Shown piece by piece: positions 1 through 10,079 of a DNA stretch of 64,000 nucleotides. Position numbers and translations under genes: made by a program. The stretch is from the NCBI GenBank assembly GCA_963770895.1, contig CAVYRF010000002.1:4544001-4608000 (forward strand), written 5' to 3'. Numbering within the stretch: position 1 is the stretch's first letter; every line of letters begins with the position of its first letter. The stretch comes from an uncultured Acidobacteriota bacterium. Lineage in GTDB: Bacteria > Acidobacteriota > Thermoanaerobaculia > Multivoradales > UBA5704. Under the pieces are notes generated by a model. The model saw only the letters and a list, made by a program, of their open reading frames with translations. It was not told where the DNA came from and did not search any database.

Positions 1-1132
1 CCCGCTCGCGCAGCAGCCGCTCGTCGATGCCTTCGAACAGCCGGCCCAGGTCGCGCGCGGCGAGCAGCTGCTCGGGCGCCCACTCCAGCTGCAGCAGGTC
101 TTCGGGCACGCCGCCGCTGCGTTCCAGGCCGAACCAGATCTCGAAGGCGAGGCCGGGGTCGCTGTCCACCGCGCCGGCGGCGACGCCTTCCAGATTGGCC
201 GCCATGCGGTCGCGCAGGCCGCGGTCGCGCGCCCCTTCGCGCCGCAGCAGCTCCAGCTTGCGGCGCGGCGCGGCGCGCTCGAAGGCGCGCCACACGCTGT
301 CCTGGGCGTCGCCGCTGCTTTCGGCCCAGGTGTAGGTCTGGCGCGCGCCGCTGCCGGCGGCCAGCACCTGCGGATGCTTGCGCGCCGCCCCCCACCACGA
401 CGTCCATTGCCCCTCGCTGACGATGCCCGCCAGCACGTCGCGCACTTCCCCGGCGGTGAGCGGGCGGTCGAAGCTGCGCAGGGTGACGTGCAGCAGGTCG
501 GGAGGCGACAGCGTCTTGAGGCCGGCCGGGTCCTCCAGCTTGCGCCGCAGCACGTGCGAGGTGGCGAGCGGGCGCAGCAGCTTCGCCGCCGCCTTGAACC
601 CCACCATCAGGCCGCGGTGGCGCTCGAAATCGACCTTGAAGCTTTCCAGCCCCAGGTTGGCTTCGACGACCCGGCCCACCCCCTTGCCTTCCATCGCCAC
701 CACGGTGCCGACGTCGAAGGCCAGCAGGTTTTCCAGGCGCTCCACCTTTTCCCAGGTCTTCGGCAGGTCGTGGGTGGCGCGCTGCAGGCCCGCCGCCTCG
801 GACAGCCCTTTGAAGGTGGTGCGGTCGCCGTAGAGCTTGCTCAGCGTCGAAACGATCGCCGAATGGATCTTGTCCGCCGGCAGCAGCAGCGCCGCCGCCC
901 GCCGCAGCAGGTCGAGGCGCACCGCCCAGCGGCCGTCGCGCAGCTGCTCGTCGAGCATCTCAAGCAGCGTCCGGGCGCGCTTTTCTTCGCCGTTGCCGGC
1001 CAGGGCGCGCGCCACGCCGACGAAGTAATCGAGGTCTTCGGGATTGTCGCCGATGCGCGCCAGCCAGTCGTTTTCGACGGCGTCGAAGTCGCCCTTGGCG
1101 AGGTGGTTCTGGGTCGTACGCGAGATCGCCAT
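1..1132 (-). CDS. Long-form GreA/GreB-family transcription elongation factor, N-terminal part (runs off window start)
   Basis: Not in the ORF track. Manual translation from ATG at 1132 gives MAISRTTQNHLAKGDFDAVENDWL...GKGVGRVVEANLGLESFKVDFERHRGLMVGF...WTSWWGAARK, which resembles the N-terminal extension of long GreA proteins. The C-terminal Gre domain would lie outside the window. Confidence 0.65.
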   Translation of the reverse strand, partial: MAISRTTQNHLAKGDFDAVENDWLARIGDNPEDLDYFVGVARALAGNGEEKRARTLLEMLDEQLRDGRWAVRLDLLRRAAALLLPADKIHSAIVSTLSKLYGDRTTFKGLSEAAGLQRATHDLPKTWEKVERLENLLAFDVGTVVAMEGKGVGRVVEANLGLESFKVDFERHRGLMVGFKAAAKLLRPLATSHVLRRKLEDPAGLKTLSPPDLLHVTLRSFDRPLTAGEVRDVLAGIVSEGQWTSWWGAARKHPQVLAAGSGARQTYTWAESSGDAQDSVWRAFERAAPRRKLELLRREGARDRGLRDRMAANLEGVAAGAVDSDPGLAFEIWFGLERSGGVPEDLLQLEWAPEQLLAARDLGRLFEGIDERLLRER

Positions 1133-1230
1133 GCGGAGAAGGAAGATAGCAGATTGAGTTCTATAAGCTAGCCTCCCGGCCAATCGCGGGCCGGTCGCCG
1201 GGGGCCGGCGGGGAGCTGGAGCACAGACCG

Positions 1231-1968
1231 ATGGAGACCGGCGACGTCGAGCGCCGCCTGCTCGAGGCGGGCACCGAAGAGCTGCTGGCGCTGGTGCGCG
1301 AGCTGGGGGCCGCGCTGTCGCCAGCCGCCGCCCGCCAGGCGCTGCGCAACCCCTACGTGAGCGCCGAGGTGATCGCGGAGGTGGCGGCGCAGCCGCGCCT
1401 GGTGTCGTACTACGAGGTCCGCCGCGACCTGGCGCGGTGCCGCGTCACGCCCGAGCCGCTGGCGCTGCAGCTGGTCGCCGGCCTCTATTGGGCCGACCTG
1501 CTGGCGATCGGCCTGGACGCGCGCCTGCATCCCCGCCTGCGGCGTGCCGCCGACCAGTTCCTGCTGGCGCGCCTGCCGGGGATGTCGGTGGGGGAGAGGG
1601 TGGCGCTGGCCCGCCGCGCCAACCCGGCGGTCCTGGCGGTGCTGCGCCACGACCCGACGCCGCGGGTGATCGCCGCGCTGCTCGACAACCCACGCCTTAC
1701 CGAAGGGACGCTGGCGCCGGTGGTGGCCGCCGAACGCACCCCGGCGCCGGTCCTGGAGCTGATCGCCGCCGATCGCCGCTGGGGGGTGCGCTATCCGGTG
1801 CGCCTGGCGCTGGCCCGCAACCCCGCGACGCCGCCCGCGACCGCGCTGCGCCAGCTGGCGGCGCTGCGCAAGCCGGACCTGCGCGCCGTGGCGAGCGACC
1901 CGCGCCTGGCCGAACCGCTGCGCCGCCGCGCCCGCCTGCTGCTGGGAGACCTGGCCGGTGACGGATGA
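1231..1968 (+). CDS. Hypothetical helical-repeat protein (LRV/HEAT-like, repeated 'LxxNP' motifs)
   Basis: 245-aa ORF with a GGAG RBS upstream. Repeated motifs ALRNP, LLDNPRL, LARNPATP. Confidence 0.75.
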   Translation: METGDVERRLLEAGTEELLALVRELGAALSPAAARQALRNPYVSAEVIAEVAAQPRLVSYYEVRRDLARCRVTPEPLALQLVAGLYWADLLAIGLDARLHPRLRRAADQFLLARLPGMSVGERVALARRANPAVLAVLRHDPTPRVIAALLDNPRLTEGTLAPVVAAERTPAPVLELIAADRRWGVRYPVRLALARNPATPPATALRQLAALRKPDLRAVASDPRLAEPLRRRARLLLGDLAGDG

Positions 1969-1989
1969 GGCCGCCTCGCCGGTGAGCAC

Positions 1990-2005
1990 CGGCACGAAAT
2001 CTGCA
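1990..2005 (+). promoter_or_regulatory. Putative sigma54 (-24/-12) promoter
   Basis: CGGCACGAAATCTGCA with GG-N10-GC spacing, about 85 nt upstream of the secreted protein gene. Confidence 0.5.
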
Positions 2006-2089
2006 ATTTGAGCGGGCGACGGCGCAGGCGATGGCGCATGCGTGGTGCATGCGCCGGTGCACAGTGCATACAACATGGACGGCCTGACG

Positions 2090-4990
2090 ATGGCACACCG
2101 CACCCGGCACACCGCACCTCTCCCCGGCAAGGCACTCCTGGCCATCCTGCCGGTGCTCCTGGCGATCCTGATCGCCCCTGCCAGCGCCGGCGCCGCCAGC
2201 TCCAACCAGCTGATCCAGGTGCCGCAGCAGGTCGCCACCCTGCCGCTGGCGATCTCGCGGGTTGCTGACGGCGGCACGATCGAGCTGGCCTCCGGCACCT
2301 ACGACGCGCCGGCGGGCGGTTTCCGCATCGGCAACGCCAACAAGGGCTTCACCGTCCGCGCCGCGCTGGGCGCCACGGTGGTGCTCGGCGGCCAGGGCGC
2401 CCACCCGATCCTGGTCTTTCACAATACTTCGCTGGCCCACGGCGGCCTGGTGATCTTTCAGGGTCTGACCTTCCGCAACGGCGCCGGCGGCTCGTCCACC
2501 ACCTCGCCGGGGGTGACGATCGACACCGCCGCGGCGCGCTTCGTGGGCTGCAACTTCGACGGCAACGGCGGCGGCACGGGAGCCGCCGGCGGCGGTGCGG
2601 TGCTGGTGCGCGGCGGCTCGACCGCCACCTTCATCGGCTGCAACTTCACTGACAACAGCTGCGCCATCCAGGGCGGCGCGATGATGGTCCAAGCCTCCTC
2701 GGTGCAGGTCCTGGGCGGCAGCTTCGTCGCCAACCATGTCAACCTCGCCGACGGCATCCCGTCGTCGCACGGTGGCGCCGTCAGCGTCCTCGACGGCACG
2801 TTCCTGGTGTCGGATGCGCTCTTCCAGGGCAATCAGGCCGGCTGGGTGGGGGGCGCCATCTACGCCTTCGGCGACTTTACCGCCACGCCGGCGACGCCCA
2901 GCTCCTACCTGTCGGTGACGCGCTCGACCTTCCAGTCCAACGCCATCGCGCCGCAGCCCTGCTGTGCACCCCCCGGACCCGCCACCGGCGGCGCCATCCA
3001 CGTCGAAGACCAGACCACCCTGGACGTGCAGGGTTCGTGGTTCACCGGCAACCAGGCGCAGGACGGCGGCGCCCTCAGCTCCTACCGTGCGCAGATCGAC
3101 GTCACCGGGTCGGTCTTTCAGGGCAACGGCGGCAGCCTGACCGAAGGCGACCTGGCGGTCGGCGGCGCCATCTGCGCGCTGTCCAACGACGCCGTTGACG
3201 CCTCGACCGCCAACGGCCAGAACCCGCCGCCGGCGGCGGTGAGCGTCGCCGGATCGCTCCTCCAGGGCGGCACCGGCGGCGCGGTGGGCAACGCCGGCGG
3301 GTGCCTGTTCGCCGCCGGCGACGCCCCCCACCTCTACGGGCAGGACGGGCTCACCCCTGACGGCACCGTCGCGAGCAACAGCGCGCCGGTCGCGATCAGC
3401 GGCTCGGTGTTCGCCGACTGCGCCGTGCTGCTCGACGCCGCCACGGCCGGCGGCGGCCAGGGCGGCGCCGTCAACGCCTCGCTGGTGGCGCTGACCATGG
3501 CGAATTCCATGGTGCTGGGCTCGACCGCCGCCGGCGACGGCGCCGGCGGCGGGGTGTTTCTGTCAGGCGAATCCAACGCGCAGATCTCGCAGACGATCTT
3601 TGCCGGCGACAGCGCCGACACCGCCGGCGGGGCGCTGTACGCCACCGGCTCCAACCTGAACGTCAGCGGTTCCGACTTCATCGCCAACCAGGTGGGCGGC
3701 TCCTCCCGCGGCTCGGCGCTGTACACGCAGCCGCTGGGTGCGACCCAGCCGCACGTCGGCAACGGCGACGCGAGCGGCCTGGTGAGCCAGTCGATCTTCA
3801 GCCAGAACGGCGGCCTGGCGGTGTGGGACGCCGATGCCGGCGGCGCCACCTTCATCAACACGATGCAGTATGGCTCCGACAGCTTCTTTGCCGGCTCCTT
3901 CGGCGGCAACGTCTACGACGATACCTATGCCGACCCGAGCCACGCCGGATTCAGCGTCGCCGGCCTGGATTCGCTGGTGGTGCGGCGCCCCTCGGGCGTC
4001 GCCACGGTCAAGGCCGCGGCGGCCAACCTGGCGCTGGGCGCGGCGCCGGCCGTGGGGTCGCTGGTGGCGTTCGCGCCCGCCGGGTCGCCCACGGCGCGGT
4101 CGGCGCCGCTGCTCGCCTACGCCTGGTCGGGGAGCACCGCGACGCTGGGCGGCGCGCCTCTTGCCGCGCACCAGGGGCTGATCGACAACCCCGCCCCCGG
4201 CGCCTACTCGCTGATCGCCAACGGCGCGCTCCTGGGTGCGGCCAGCGTCGCCGCCGCCCAGTGCACCACGGACCCGGTACTGTGCCTGGCGGGCGACCGA
4301 TTCCGCGTCCAGGTGGCGTGGCAGCTGCCGACGGGGCAGCGCGGCGACGGCCACCCGGCGGCGCTGTCGGACGACACCGGCACGTTCTGGTTTTTCGACG
4401 CCTCGCAGGTCGACCTGGTGGTCAAGATCCTGGACGGCCGCGCGGTGAACGGCTGCTTCTGGGTGTTCTACGGCGCGCTGTCCAACGTGCAATACACGAT
4501 CACGGTGACCGATACCGTCACCGGCGCCGTCCAGGCCTACGTCAACCCCGCCGGCACCATGGCCAGCGTCGCCGATACCACGGCGTTCCTGGGCACCGGC
4601 AACGCTCCCGCCGCGCCGCCGGTCGTGGCGCCCACCCCGCCGGCCACCGGCTCGTGCGCGCGGCGCGCCGGCGACCTGTGCCTGGCGGACCGGTTCCGCC
4701 TGCACGTCGCCTGGAAGACGTCCACCGCCAGCGGCACCGCCACCGGCACGGCGCTCGCCGCGGACAGCGGCACCTTCTGGTTCTTCAGCAGCGGCGACGT
4801 CGAGCTGGCGGTGAAGATCGTCGACGGGCGTGCCGTCAACGGCCACTTCTGGGTCTTTTATGGAGCGCTGTCGAACGTCCAATACACCCTGACCGTCACC
4901 GATACCCAGACCGGCAGGAGCAAGACCTACGTCAATCCGCAGGGCGCCATGGCGAGCGTCGGCGACACCTCGGCGCTGCCCGGAAGTTGA
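2090..4990 (+). CDS. Large secreted beta-helix (Pmp/pectin-lyase-like) protein with two tandem C-terminal lineage-type domains
   Basis: Signal peptide (LLAILPVLLAILIAPASA). Many GGA(I/V/L) and FxxN motifs. Two C-terminal repeats 'CL..RF...W...FWFF...VKI.DGRAVNG.FWVFYGALSNVQYT.TVTDT.TG'. Start could be 2075 or 2090. Confidence 0.8.
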   Translation: MAHRTRHTAPLPGKALLAILPVLLAILIAPASAGAASSNQLIQVPQQVATLPLAISRVADGGTIELASGTYDAPAGGFRIGNANKGFTVRAALGATVVLGGQGAHPILVFHNTSLAHGGLVIFQGLTFRNGAGGSSTTSPGVTIDTAAARFVGCNFDGNGGGTGAAGGGAVLVRGGSTATFIGCNFTDNSCAIQGGAMMVQASSVQVLGGSFVANHVNLADGIPSSHGGAVSVLDGTFLVSDALFQGNQAGWVGGAIYAFGDFTATPATPSSYLSVTRSTFQSNAIAPQPCCAPPGPATGGAIHVEDQTTLDVQGSWFTGNQAQDGGALSSYRAQIDVTGSVFQGNGGSLTEGDLAVGGAICALSNDAVDASTANGQNPPPAAVSVAGSLLQGGTGGAVGNAGGCLFAAGDAPHLYGQDGLTPDGTVASNSAPVAISGSVFADCAVLLDAATAGGGQGGAVNASLVALTMANSMVLGSTAAGDGAGGGVFLSGESNAQISQTIFAGDSADTAGGALYATGSNLNVSGSDFIANQVGGSSRGSALYTQPLGATQPHVGNGDASGLVSQSIFSQNGGLAVWDADAGGATFINTMQYGSDSFFAGSFGGNVYDDTYADPSHAGFSVAGLDSLVVRRPSGVATVKAAAANLALGAAPAVGSLVAFAPAGSPTARSAPLLAYAWSGSTATLGGAPLAAHQGLIDNPAPGAYSLIANGALLGAASVAAAQCTTDPVLCLAGDRFRVQVAWQLPTGQRGDGHPAALSDDTGTFWFFDASQVDLVVKILDGRAVNGCFWVFYGALSNVQYTITVTDTVTGAVQAYVNPAGTMASVADTTAFLGTGNAPAAPPVVAPTPPATGSCARRAGDLCLADRFRLHVAWKTSTASGTATGTALAADSGTFWFFSSGDVELAVKIVDGRAVNGHFWVFYGALSNVQYTLTVTDTQTGRSKTYVNPQGAMASVGDTSALPGS

Positions 4991-5007
4991 CCGGACGGGC
5001 GGGAAAT

Positions 5008-5036
5008 TTGACCCGGGCGATAGCCCCGCGTACAGT
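5008..5036 (+). promoter_or_regulatory. Putative sigma70 promoter
   Basis: TTGACC-17 nt-TACAGT upstream of the rodZ-like gene. Confidence 0.55.
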
Positions 5037-5059
5037 TACAACCGTTTTGTGCGAGAGCC

Positions 5060-6343
5060 GTGCCTAGACGACAGAGATTTCCACCGCACCAGACCCACCT
5101 CGAGGGAGTGCCCAATTTGGAGGCGCGCCCGCCCGCGGTAGGTGTCTCCGGTGACGATGGCGAAGAGCTGTCGCCGCCGTCCGACGCCGCCGGGCCGCTG
5201 GGGGTCGCCGGTGCGCCGGGCTCGCCCCACCCGACACCCGCCGCCACATCCGCTTCCTCCTCCCACCCCGGCTCACTCCCACCGACCCAGCTGCCGTTGG
5301 CCCCCGTAGCGCCGGTCGCCTCGCTGCCGTCACTGCCGCCTCCGGCGGCCGCGACGTCGATGGCAGCGGGGGCGCCGACGCCGATCGGGCCGGCGATGCC
5401 GGGCGCCGGGCCGCGGCGCACCCTGCTGCGGCCGCCGCCTTGGGACAAGAGCGCCGACGTGGACGCCGGCGCCTCCTTCGGGGGCTGGCTGCGGCGGCAG
5501 CGCGAAGCGCGCCAGATCGGCCTGCGCGAGATCGCGGAGCGCACCAAGATCAGCCTGCGCTACCTCGAAGCCATGGAAGAGGACCGCTTCGAAGTGCTGC
5601 CGGCGCCGGTCTTCGCCAAGGGTTTCCTGCGCGAATACGCCCGCTACGTCGGGCTGTCGCCGGACGAGGTGGTCAACCACTGGCTGTCGTCGGTGCAGGC
5701 CGCCCAGGGCAGCGACGACGCGGCGGCCGGCCACCATGCCGGCGCGGCCCATCCGGCGCACGCCGCCAAGACCGGCAAGCTGAAGAGCCGCGCGGCGCGC
5801 GCCGCCGCGGCGACCCCGCGCCCGGCGCCGGCCGGCCACGGCCTGTCCGTCAGCCCGGCCGCGCGGTCGTTCCCGCGCTGGCTGGGCCTGCTGCTGGGCG
5901 TCGTCGTGCTGCTGGGACTGGTGGCGGTCCTCGCCTACCTGTCGGAGGGCTGGCGCCAGCGCCGCACCCTCCGCGGCGAAGACCGGCCGGCCATCGTGGC
6001 GCCGGTCGCGCAGGTCGTGCCGCCGCCGCCCGCCGCGGCGGCGCCGCCCAGCGTGCCGCTTGAAGTGGTGGTCGATTTCAACCAGGAGTGCTGGGTCGAA
6101 GCGGTGGTGGACGGCGGCAGCCGGCGCGCCGAAATGCGCGAACAGGGCGAATCGATGCAGCTGGAAGCCAAGCAGAGCGTGGTCTTCGCCAAGCTGGGCA
6201 ATGCCGCGGCGGTGGAAATCCAGGTCAACGGCTACCCCTACCCGCTGGACAAGAAGCGGGGCGAAGTGCTGCACGACCTGAAGATCGACCTGGACACGGT
6301 GCGGGCGTTAAAGGCGAAGAAAGAGCAGCCCGAGGGGCATTGA
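5060..6343 (+). CDS. rodZ: RodZ-like HTH membrane protein
   Basis: HTH 'FGGWLRRQREARQIGLREIAERTKISLRYLEAMEEDRFEVLPAPVFAKGFLREYARYVGL', one TM helix, C-terminal 'CWVEAVVDG...LGNAAAVEIQVNG' domain. Start uncertain. Confidence 0.8.
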   Translation: MPRRQRFPPHQTHLEGVPNLEARPPAVGVSGDDGEELSPPSDAAGPLGVAGAPGSPHPTPAATSASSSHPGSLPPTQLPLAPVAPVASLPSLPPPAAATSMAAGAPTPIGPAMPGAGPRRTLLRPPPWDKSADVDAGASFGGWLRRQREARQIGLREIAERTKISLRYLEAMEEDRFEVLPAPVFAKGFLREYARYVGLSPDEVVNHWLSSVQAAQGSDDAAAGHHAGAAHPAHAAKTGKLKSRAARAAAATPRPAPAGHGLSVSPAARSFPRWLGLLLGVVVLLGLVAVLAYLSEGWRQRRTLRGEDRPAIVAPVAQVVPPPPAAAAPPSVPLEVVVDFNQECWVEAVVDGGSRRAEMREQGESMQLEAKQSVVFAKLGNAAAVEIQVNGYPYPLDKKRGEVLHDLKIDLDTVRALKAKKEQPEGH

Positions 6344-6347
6344 GGGC

Positions 6348-7364
6348 GTGGCCGTCCCGAATCCCCTGGTGCAGGAGATCCTCTCCGGCCGTAACCGGCA
6401 GCTGCTCGAGCTGGCCGCCGAAGGGCTGGTGCCGCTGCCGCCCGACCAGCTGCTGCCGGTGCAGGTCACCCTGGCGGGCAGCGCCGATGCCGACATCAGC
6501 GGCCGCGCCGCCTCAAGCCTGCGCACGACCGAGCCCAAGGTGGTGGCGCTCTACCTGTCCGGCGTCGCCGGCCCGGTCGAGCTGGCATACTTCGCCGCCC
6601 AGGCGACGCACGCGCTGATCGTCGAGACCCTGGTGCGGCGGCGCGACGTGCCGCGCCAGCTGCTGGCGGACCTGGCCCGCCGGCTGCCCGGCGACCTGCA
6701 GGAGATCCTGCTGCTGCGCCAGGACGCCATCGTCGAGGAGCCGGCGATCCTCGACGCCCTGAGCGAAAACCCCCAGCTCACCCAGTATTCGCAGCGCCGC
6801 ATCCTCGAATACCGCCAGCACCTCCTGCCGCAAAAGGCGCCCGCCGTGCGGGCGGCGATCGAGGAGGCGGCCGAGCGCATCACCCCCGAAGAGCTGTCGG
6901 CGGCGATCGACGCGGTGCGCGCGGTGCCGACCGCCGGCGAGGTGGAAGACAACACCGGCTTGAGCGAGGGGCAGATCCGCATGCTGACCGTGCCGCAGCG
7001 CCTCAAACTGACGCGCGGCGCATCGCGTACCATGAAACAGATCCTGCTGCGCGACCCCAACGCCCAGGTGGCGGTCGGGGTGCTGCAGCACAACAGTTTT
7101 TCCGAGCAGGAGATGGAACAGGTGGCGCGCAGCCGGTCGGTGGTCGAGGAGGTGCTGCTGGAGGTGGCGCGCAAACGCGAATGGATTTCGCGCTACACCG
7201 TCTGCCGGGCGCTGGTGATGAACCCCAAGACGCCGGTGTCGATCGCGGTGAAAATGCTGCCCAAGATGTCGGTGCGAGAGCTGAAGCTGGTGGCGCGGGA
7301 CCGCAATATCGCGGACGCGGTGCGCTCAAGCGCCACGCGATTGTATACAATCAAACAAAAGTAG
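6348..7364 (+). CDS. Hypothetical helical-repeat protein, similar in its C-terminal half to 1231..1968
   Basis: 338-aa ORF directly after rodZ. Motifs 'LLRDPN', 'W..RY.V..AL..NP.TP'. Confidence 0.8.
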   Translation: MAVPNPLVQEILSGRNRQLLELAAEGLVPLPPDQLLPVQVTLAGSADADISGRAASSLRTTEPKVVALYLSGVAGPVELAYFAAQATHALIVETLVRRRDVPRQLLADLARRLPGDLQEILLLRQDAIVEEPAILDALSENPQLTQYSQRRILEYRQHLLPQKAPAVRAAIEEAAERITPEELSAAIDAVRAVPTAGEVEDNTGLSEGQIRMLTVPQRLKLTRGASRTMKQILLRDPNAQVAVGVLQHNSFSEQEMEQVARSRSVVEEVLLEVARKREWISRYTVCRALVMNPKTPVSIAVKMLPKMSVRELKLVARDRNIADAVRSSATRLYTIKQK

Positions 7365-7410
7365 GGCCATTTCACCAGGGAGCCGTTTGGGACCTCGACA
7401 GGACGCGCCC

Positions 7411-8043
7411 ATGGCCAGAGATTTCTATGCCATTCTCGCGGTGGCGAAGACCGCCAGCGAAGATCAGATCCGCCAGCGCTTCCGGCAGCTGGCGAGGGAG
7501 CGCCATCCCGATCGCTACTCCGGGGACGAAAAGCAGGCGGCCGAGGTTGCCTTTCAGGAGATTACGCAAGCTTTCAACGTGCTCACCGACCCCGATCGCC
7601 GCCGCCAGCACGACATGGACATGGCGCGCCGGCAGGAGGTGCCGTCCGACCCCAAGCAGGTCGCCCGCGTCTACCTGCAGCGCGGCGTCAAGGCATACAA
7701 CGAGCGCAACCTGATCGATGCCGCCGACAACTTCGACCGCGCCACCCGCGCCGACCCCGGCAGCGCCCTTGCCTGGTACGACCTCGCCCAGGCCCGCAGC
7801 CAGCTGCCCAACGGCCTGGGGCAGGCGGCGATGGCGATCGAGCGGGCCTGCGAGCTGGAGCCCATGAACGCCGGATACTGGAAACAGGCAGGACGCATCC
7901 TGGCGCTGGCCGGGCGCTCCGAGCGCGCCGTGGCGGCCTATCGGAAAGCGATGGAATGGGGCGAAGACGATCCGGCGGTGCCGCGCGCCATCGAAGACCT
8001 GTCGCGCGCGCCGCGCCGCTCGCTGTTCGGGAAGAGCAATTGA
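7411..8043 (+). CDS. DnaJ-domain TPR protein
   Basis: J-domain with HPD (RERHPDRY) followed by TPR-like helices. Confidence 0.9.
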   Translation: MARDFYAILAVAKTASEDQIRQRFRQLARERHPDRYSGDEKQAAEVAFQEITQAFNVLTDPDRRRQHDMDMARRQEVPSDPKQVARVYLQRGVKAYNERNLIDAADNFDRATRADPGSALAWYDLAQARSQLPNGLGQAAMAIERACELEPMNAGYWKQAGRILALAGRSERAVAAYRKAMEWGEDDPAVPRAIEDLSRAPRRSLFGKSN

Positions 8044-8915
8044 TGCTGCGGGTCAAGGCCTGCGGGCTCTCCGACGTCGGGTTGACGCGGGTCCACAACG
8101 AAGACTACTTCGAGATCGACGCGCGCCACCGGCTGTATGTGGTCGCCGACGGCATGGGCGGCCACAGCTTCGGCGAGGTGGCGGCGCAGATCGCGGTCAA
8201 GGCGATCCACGACTTCGTCGAGAGCTCGAGCGGCCGCGATCTTCCCGCCGGCCGGAGCGATGGGGAGCGCGGCACGCAGCCGGTGCCCCAGGGCGGCGCG
8301 GCGGCCAGAGCGCCCCAGCCGAGCCGCGACGACGAAGAGCTGGCGCGCCATTCGCGGCTGCTCAAGATGGCGGTCTGCAAGGCGCACGACAACGTGCTGA
8401 CGGCGATCCGCAAGGACGGTTCGCTGCACGGCATGGGCACGACCGTGGTCGGCCTGCTGCTGTCAGGTCCCACCGCGGCGGTCGCCCACGTCGGCGACAG
8501 CCGTGCCTATCGGCTGCGCAACGGCCGCCTGGACCAGCTCACCCAGGATCACACCTGGGTGCACGAGCAGGTGGTGGCGGGCCTGCTGTCGCGCGAGCAG
8601 GCGCGCTCCCACCCGCTCAAGAACGTGGTCACCCGCGCCCTGGGCGGCGAAAGCGAAGTGGTGGTCGACGTGCGCGAAGTGCAGGTGCAGCCCGGCGATC
8701 TCTACCTGCTGTGCTCGGACGGCCTCACCGGCATGCTCTCCGACAGCGAGATTCGCGAACGGCTGGGCTCCGGGCGCGGCTTGCACGAGATCTGCCGCTC
8801 GCTGGTCAACGAAGCCAACGCCCGCGGCGGCCTGGACAACGTCACGGTGGTCCTGCTGGCGGTCGAAGACGCCGCCGACGCCGACGACGGCGAAGACGAC
8901 CTGATGCTGCGCTGA
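8043..8915 (+). CDS. PP2C-family Ser/Thr protein phosphatase (Stp1/PrpC-like)
   Basis: Motifs RVHNED, VVADGMGG, MGTT, HVGDSRAY, LCSDGL, GGLDNVT. Start overlaps the upstream stop (TGATG). Confidence 0.95.
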   Translation: MLRVKACGLSDVGLTRVHNEDYFEIDARHRLYVVADGMGGHSFGEVAAQIAVKAIHDFVESSSGRDLPAGRSDGERGTQPVPQGGAAARAPQPSRDDEELARHSRLLKMAVCKAHDNVLTAIRKDGSLHGMGTTVVGLLLSGPTAAVAHVGDSRAYRLRNGRLDQLTQDHTWVHEQVVAGLLSREQARSHPLKNVVTRALGGESEVVVDVREVQVQPGDLYLLCSDGLTGMLSDSEIRERLGSGRGLHEICRSLVNEANARGGLDNVTVVLLAVEDAADADDGEDDLMLR

Positions 8916-8936
8916 CGCCCCCTCCCGTCCCATAGA

Positions 8937-10079
8937 ATGGCGACCATGCGCGACGACGCCCCACGCATCGCGGTCGTGGGGGGCGGCCCCGCCGGTGGCT
9001 CGGCCGCCCTGGCGCTCGCCCGCGGCGGCGCCTCGGTGGTGCTCTACCTTCCCGAGCGGCCGGGCGAAAAGCCCTGCGGCGGCGCGGTGCCCGAGCACCT
9101 GCTGCCGGCGATCGAGGGTTTCGACTCCGCGACGCTGGATGCCATCGTGTCGCCGGCGGTGCACCTGGAAGACGGCGCCGGCAGCGGCCTGGACAGCACC
9201 CTCGAAGGCATCCGCATCTTCCGCCGGCGCGATTTCGACCAGACCGTGGTCGCCGCGGCGCAGGCCGCCGGCGCGCGCATCGAGCCGCGGCGCGTCCAGG
9301 CGATCGAGCCGCTGGGCGGCCCGCGCGACGCCGCGGGCGTGCGCGTCGAAGCCGACGGCTGTCCCCCCCGCACCTTCGACTGGGTGGTCGGCGCCGACGG
9401 CGCGCGCGGGCTGTCGCGCCGTGTGGCCGGCCTGGCGCCGCAGGGCGAAAGCGTCGGCCTGGGGGCCACCCTGCGCGGCCTGAGCGCGGCGCGCCTGGTG
9501 CTCAGCTTTCCCTACCTGGGCGACTCCTATTCGTGGATCTTCCCGCGCCCCGGCGGCGCCTCGGTGGGGATCGCCTACTCGCCGCTCGACGTCGGCGAAG
9601 CGGCGGCGCGCGCCGTCCTGGACGCCCTGCTCGACCGCTACCTGCCGGCCGACTGGCGCCGCCTGCCGGGCTCGCGCTATCGCTATCCGATCCCGGTCTA
9701 CGGCCCCTGGACCGTGCCCGGATTGCGCCGCGCCGCGCGGCGCCGCCTGCTGCTGGTGGGCGACGCGGCCGCACTGGCCGACCCGCTCACCCGCGAAGGC
9801 ATCCGCTACGGGATGCTGTCGGGTTTGTGGGCCGCGGAGTGCCTGCTGGCCGGCGCTCCCGAAAGCTACCCCGACCGCCTGGCCGCCGAGCTGGGCGAAG
9901 AGATGGAACGTGCCGACCGCGCCCGCAGCCTGTTCTTCGCCGGCCCGGTCGGCCGCTGGATGCTGCCCGCCGCCCGCCTGCACCGCGGCGTCCGCCGCGT
10001 CCTGTCCGACCTGCTGGCCTGCCGCCAGTCCTACCGCACCCTGGAAAGCCGGCTGCTGCGCGAAGCCCTCCGCCCCTGA
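8937..10079 (+). CDS. Geranylgeranyl-reductase-family FAD-dependent oxidoreductase
   Basis: GGGPAG, KPCGG, GADG, YSWIFP, LVGDAA..DPLTREGI motifs. Confidence 0.85.
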   Translation: MATMRDDAPRIAVVGGGPAGGSAALALARGGASVVLYLPERPGEKPCGGAVPEHLLPAIEGFDSATLDAIVSPAVHLEDGAGSGLDSTLEGIRIFRRRDFDQTVVAAAQAAGARIEPRRVQAIEPLGGPRDAAGVRVEADGCPPRTFDWVVGADGARGLSRRVAGLAPQGESVGLGATLRGLSAARLVLSFPYLGDSYSWIFPRPGGASVGIAYSPLDVGEAAARAVLDALLDRYLPADWRRLPGSRYRYPIPVYGPWTVPGLRRAARRRLLLVGDAAALADPLTREGIRYGMLSGLWAAECLLAGAPESYPDRLAAELGEEMERADRARSLFFAGPVGRWMLPAARLHRGVRRVLSDLLACRQSYRTLESRLLREALRP

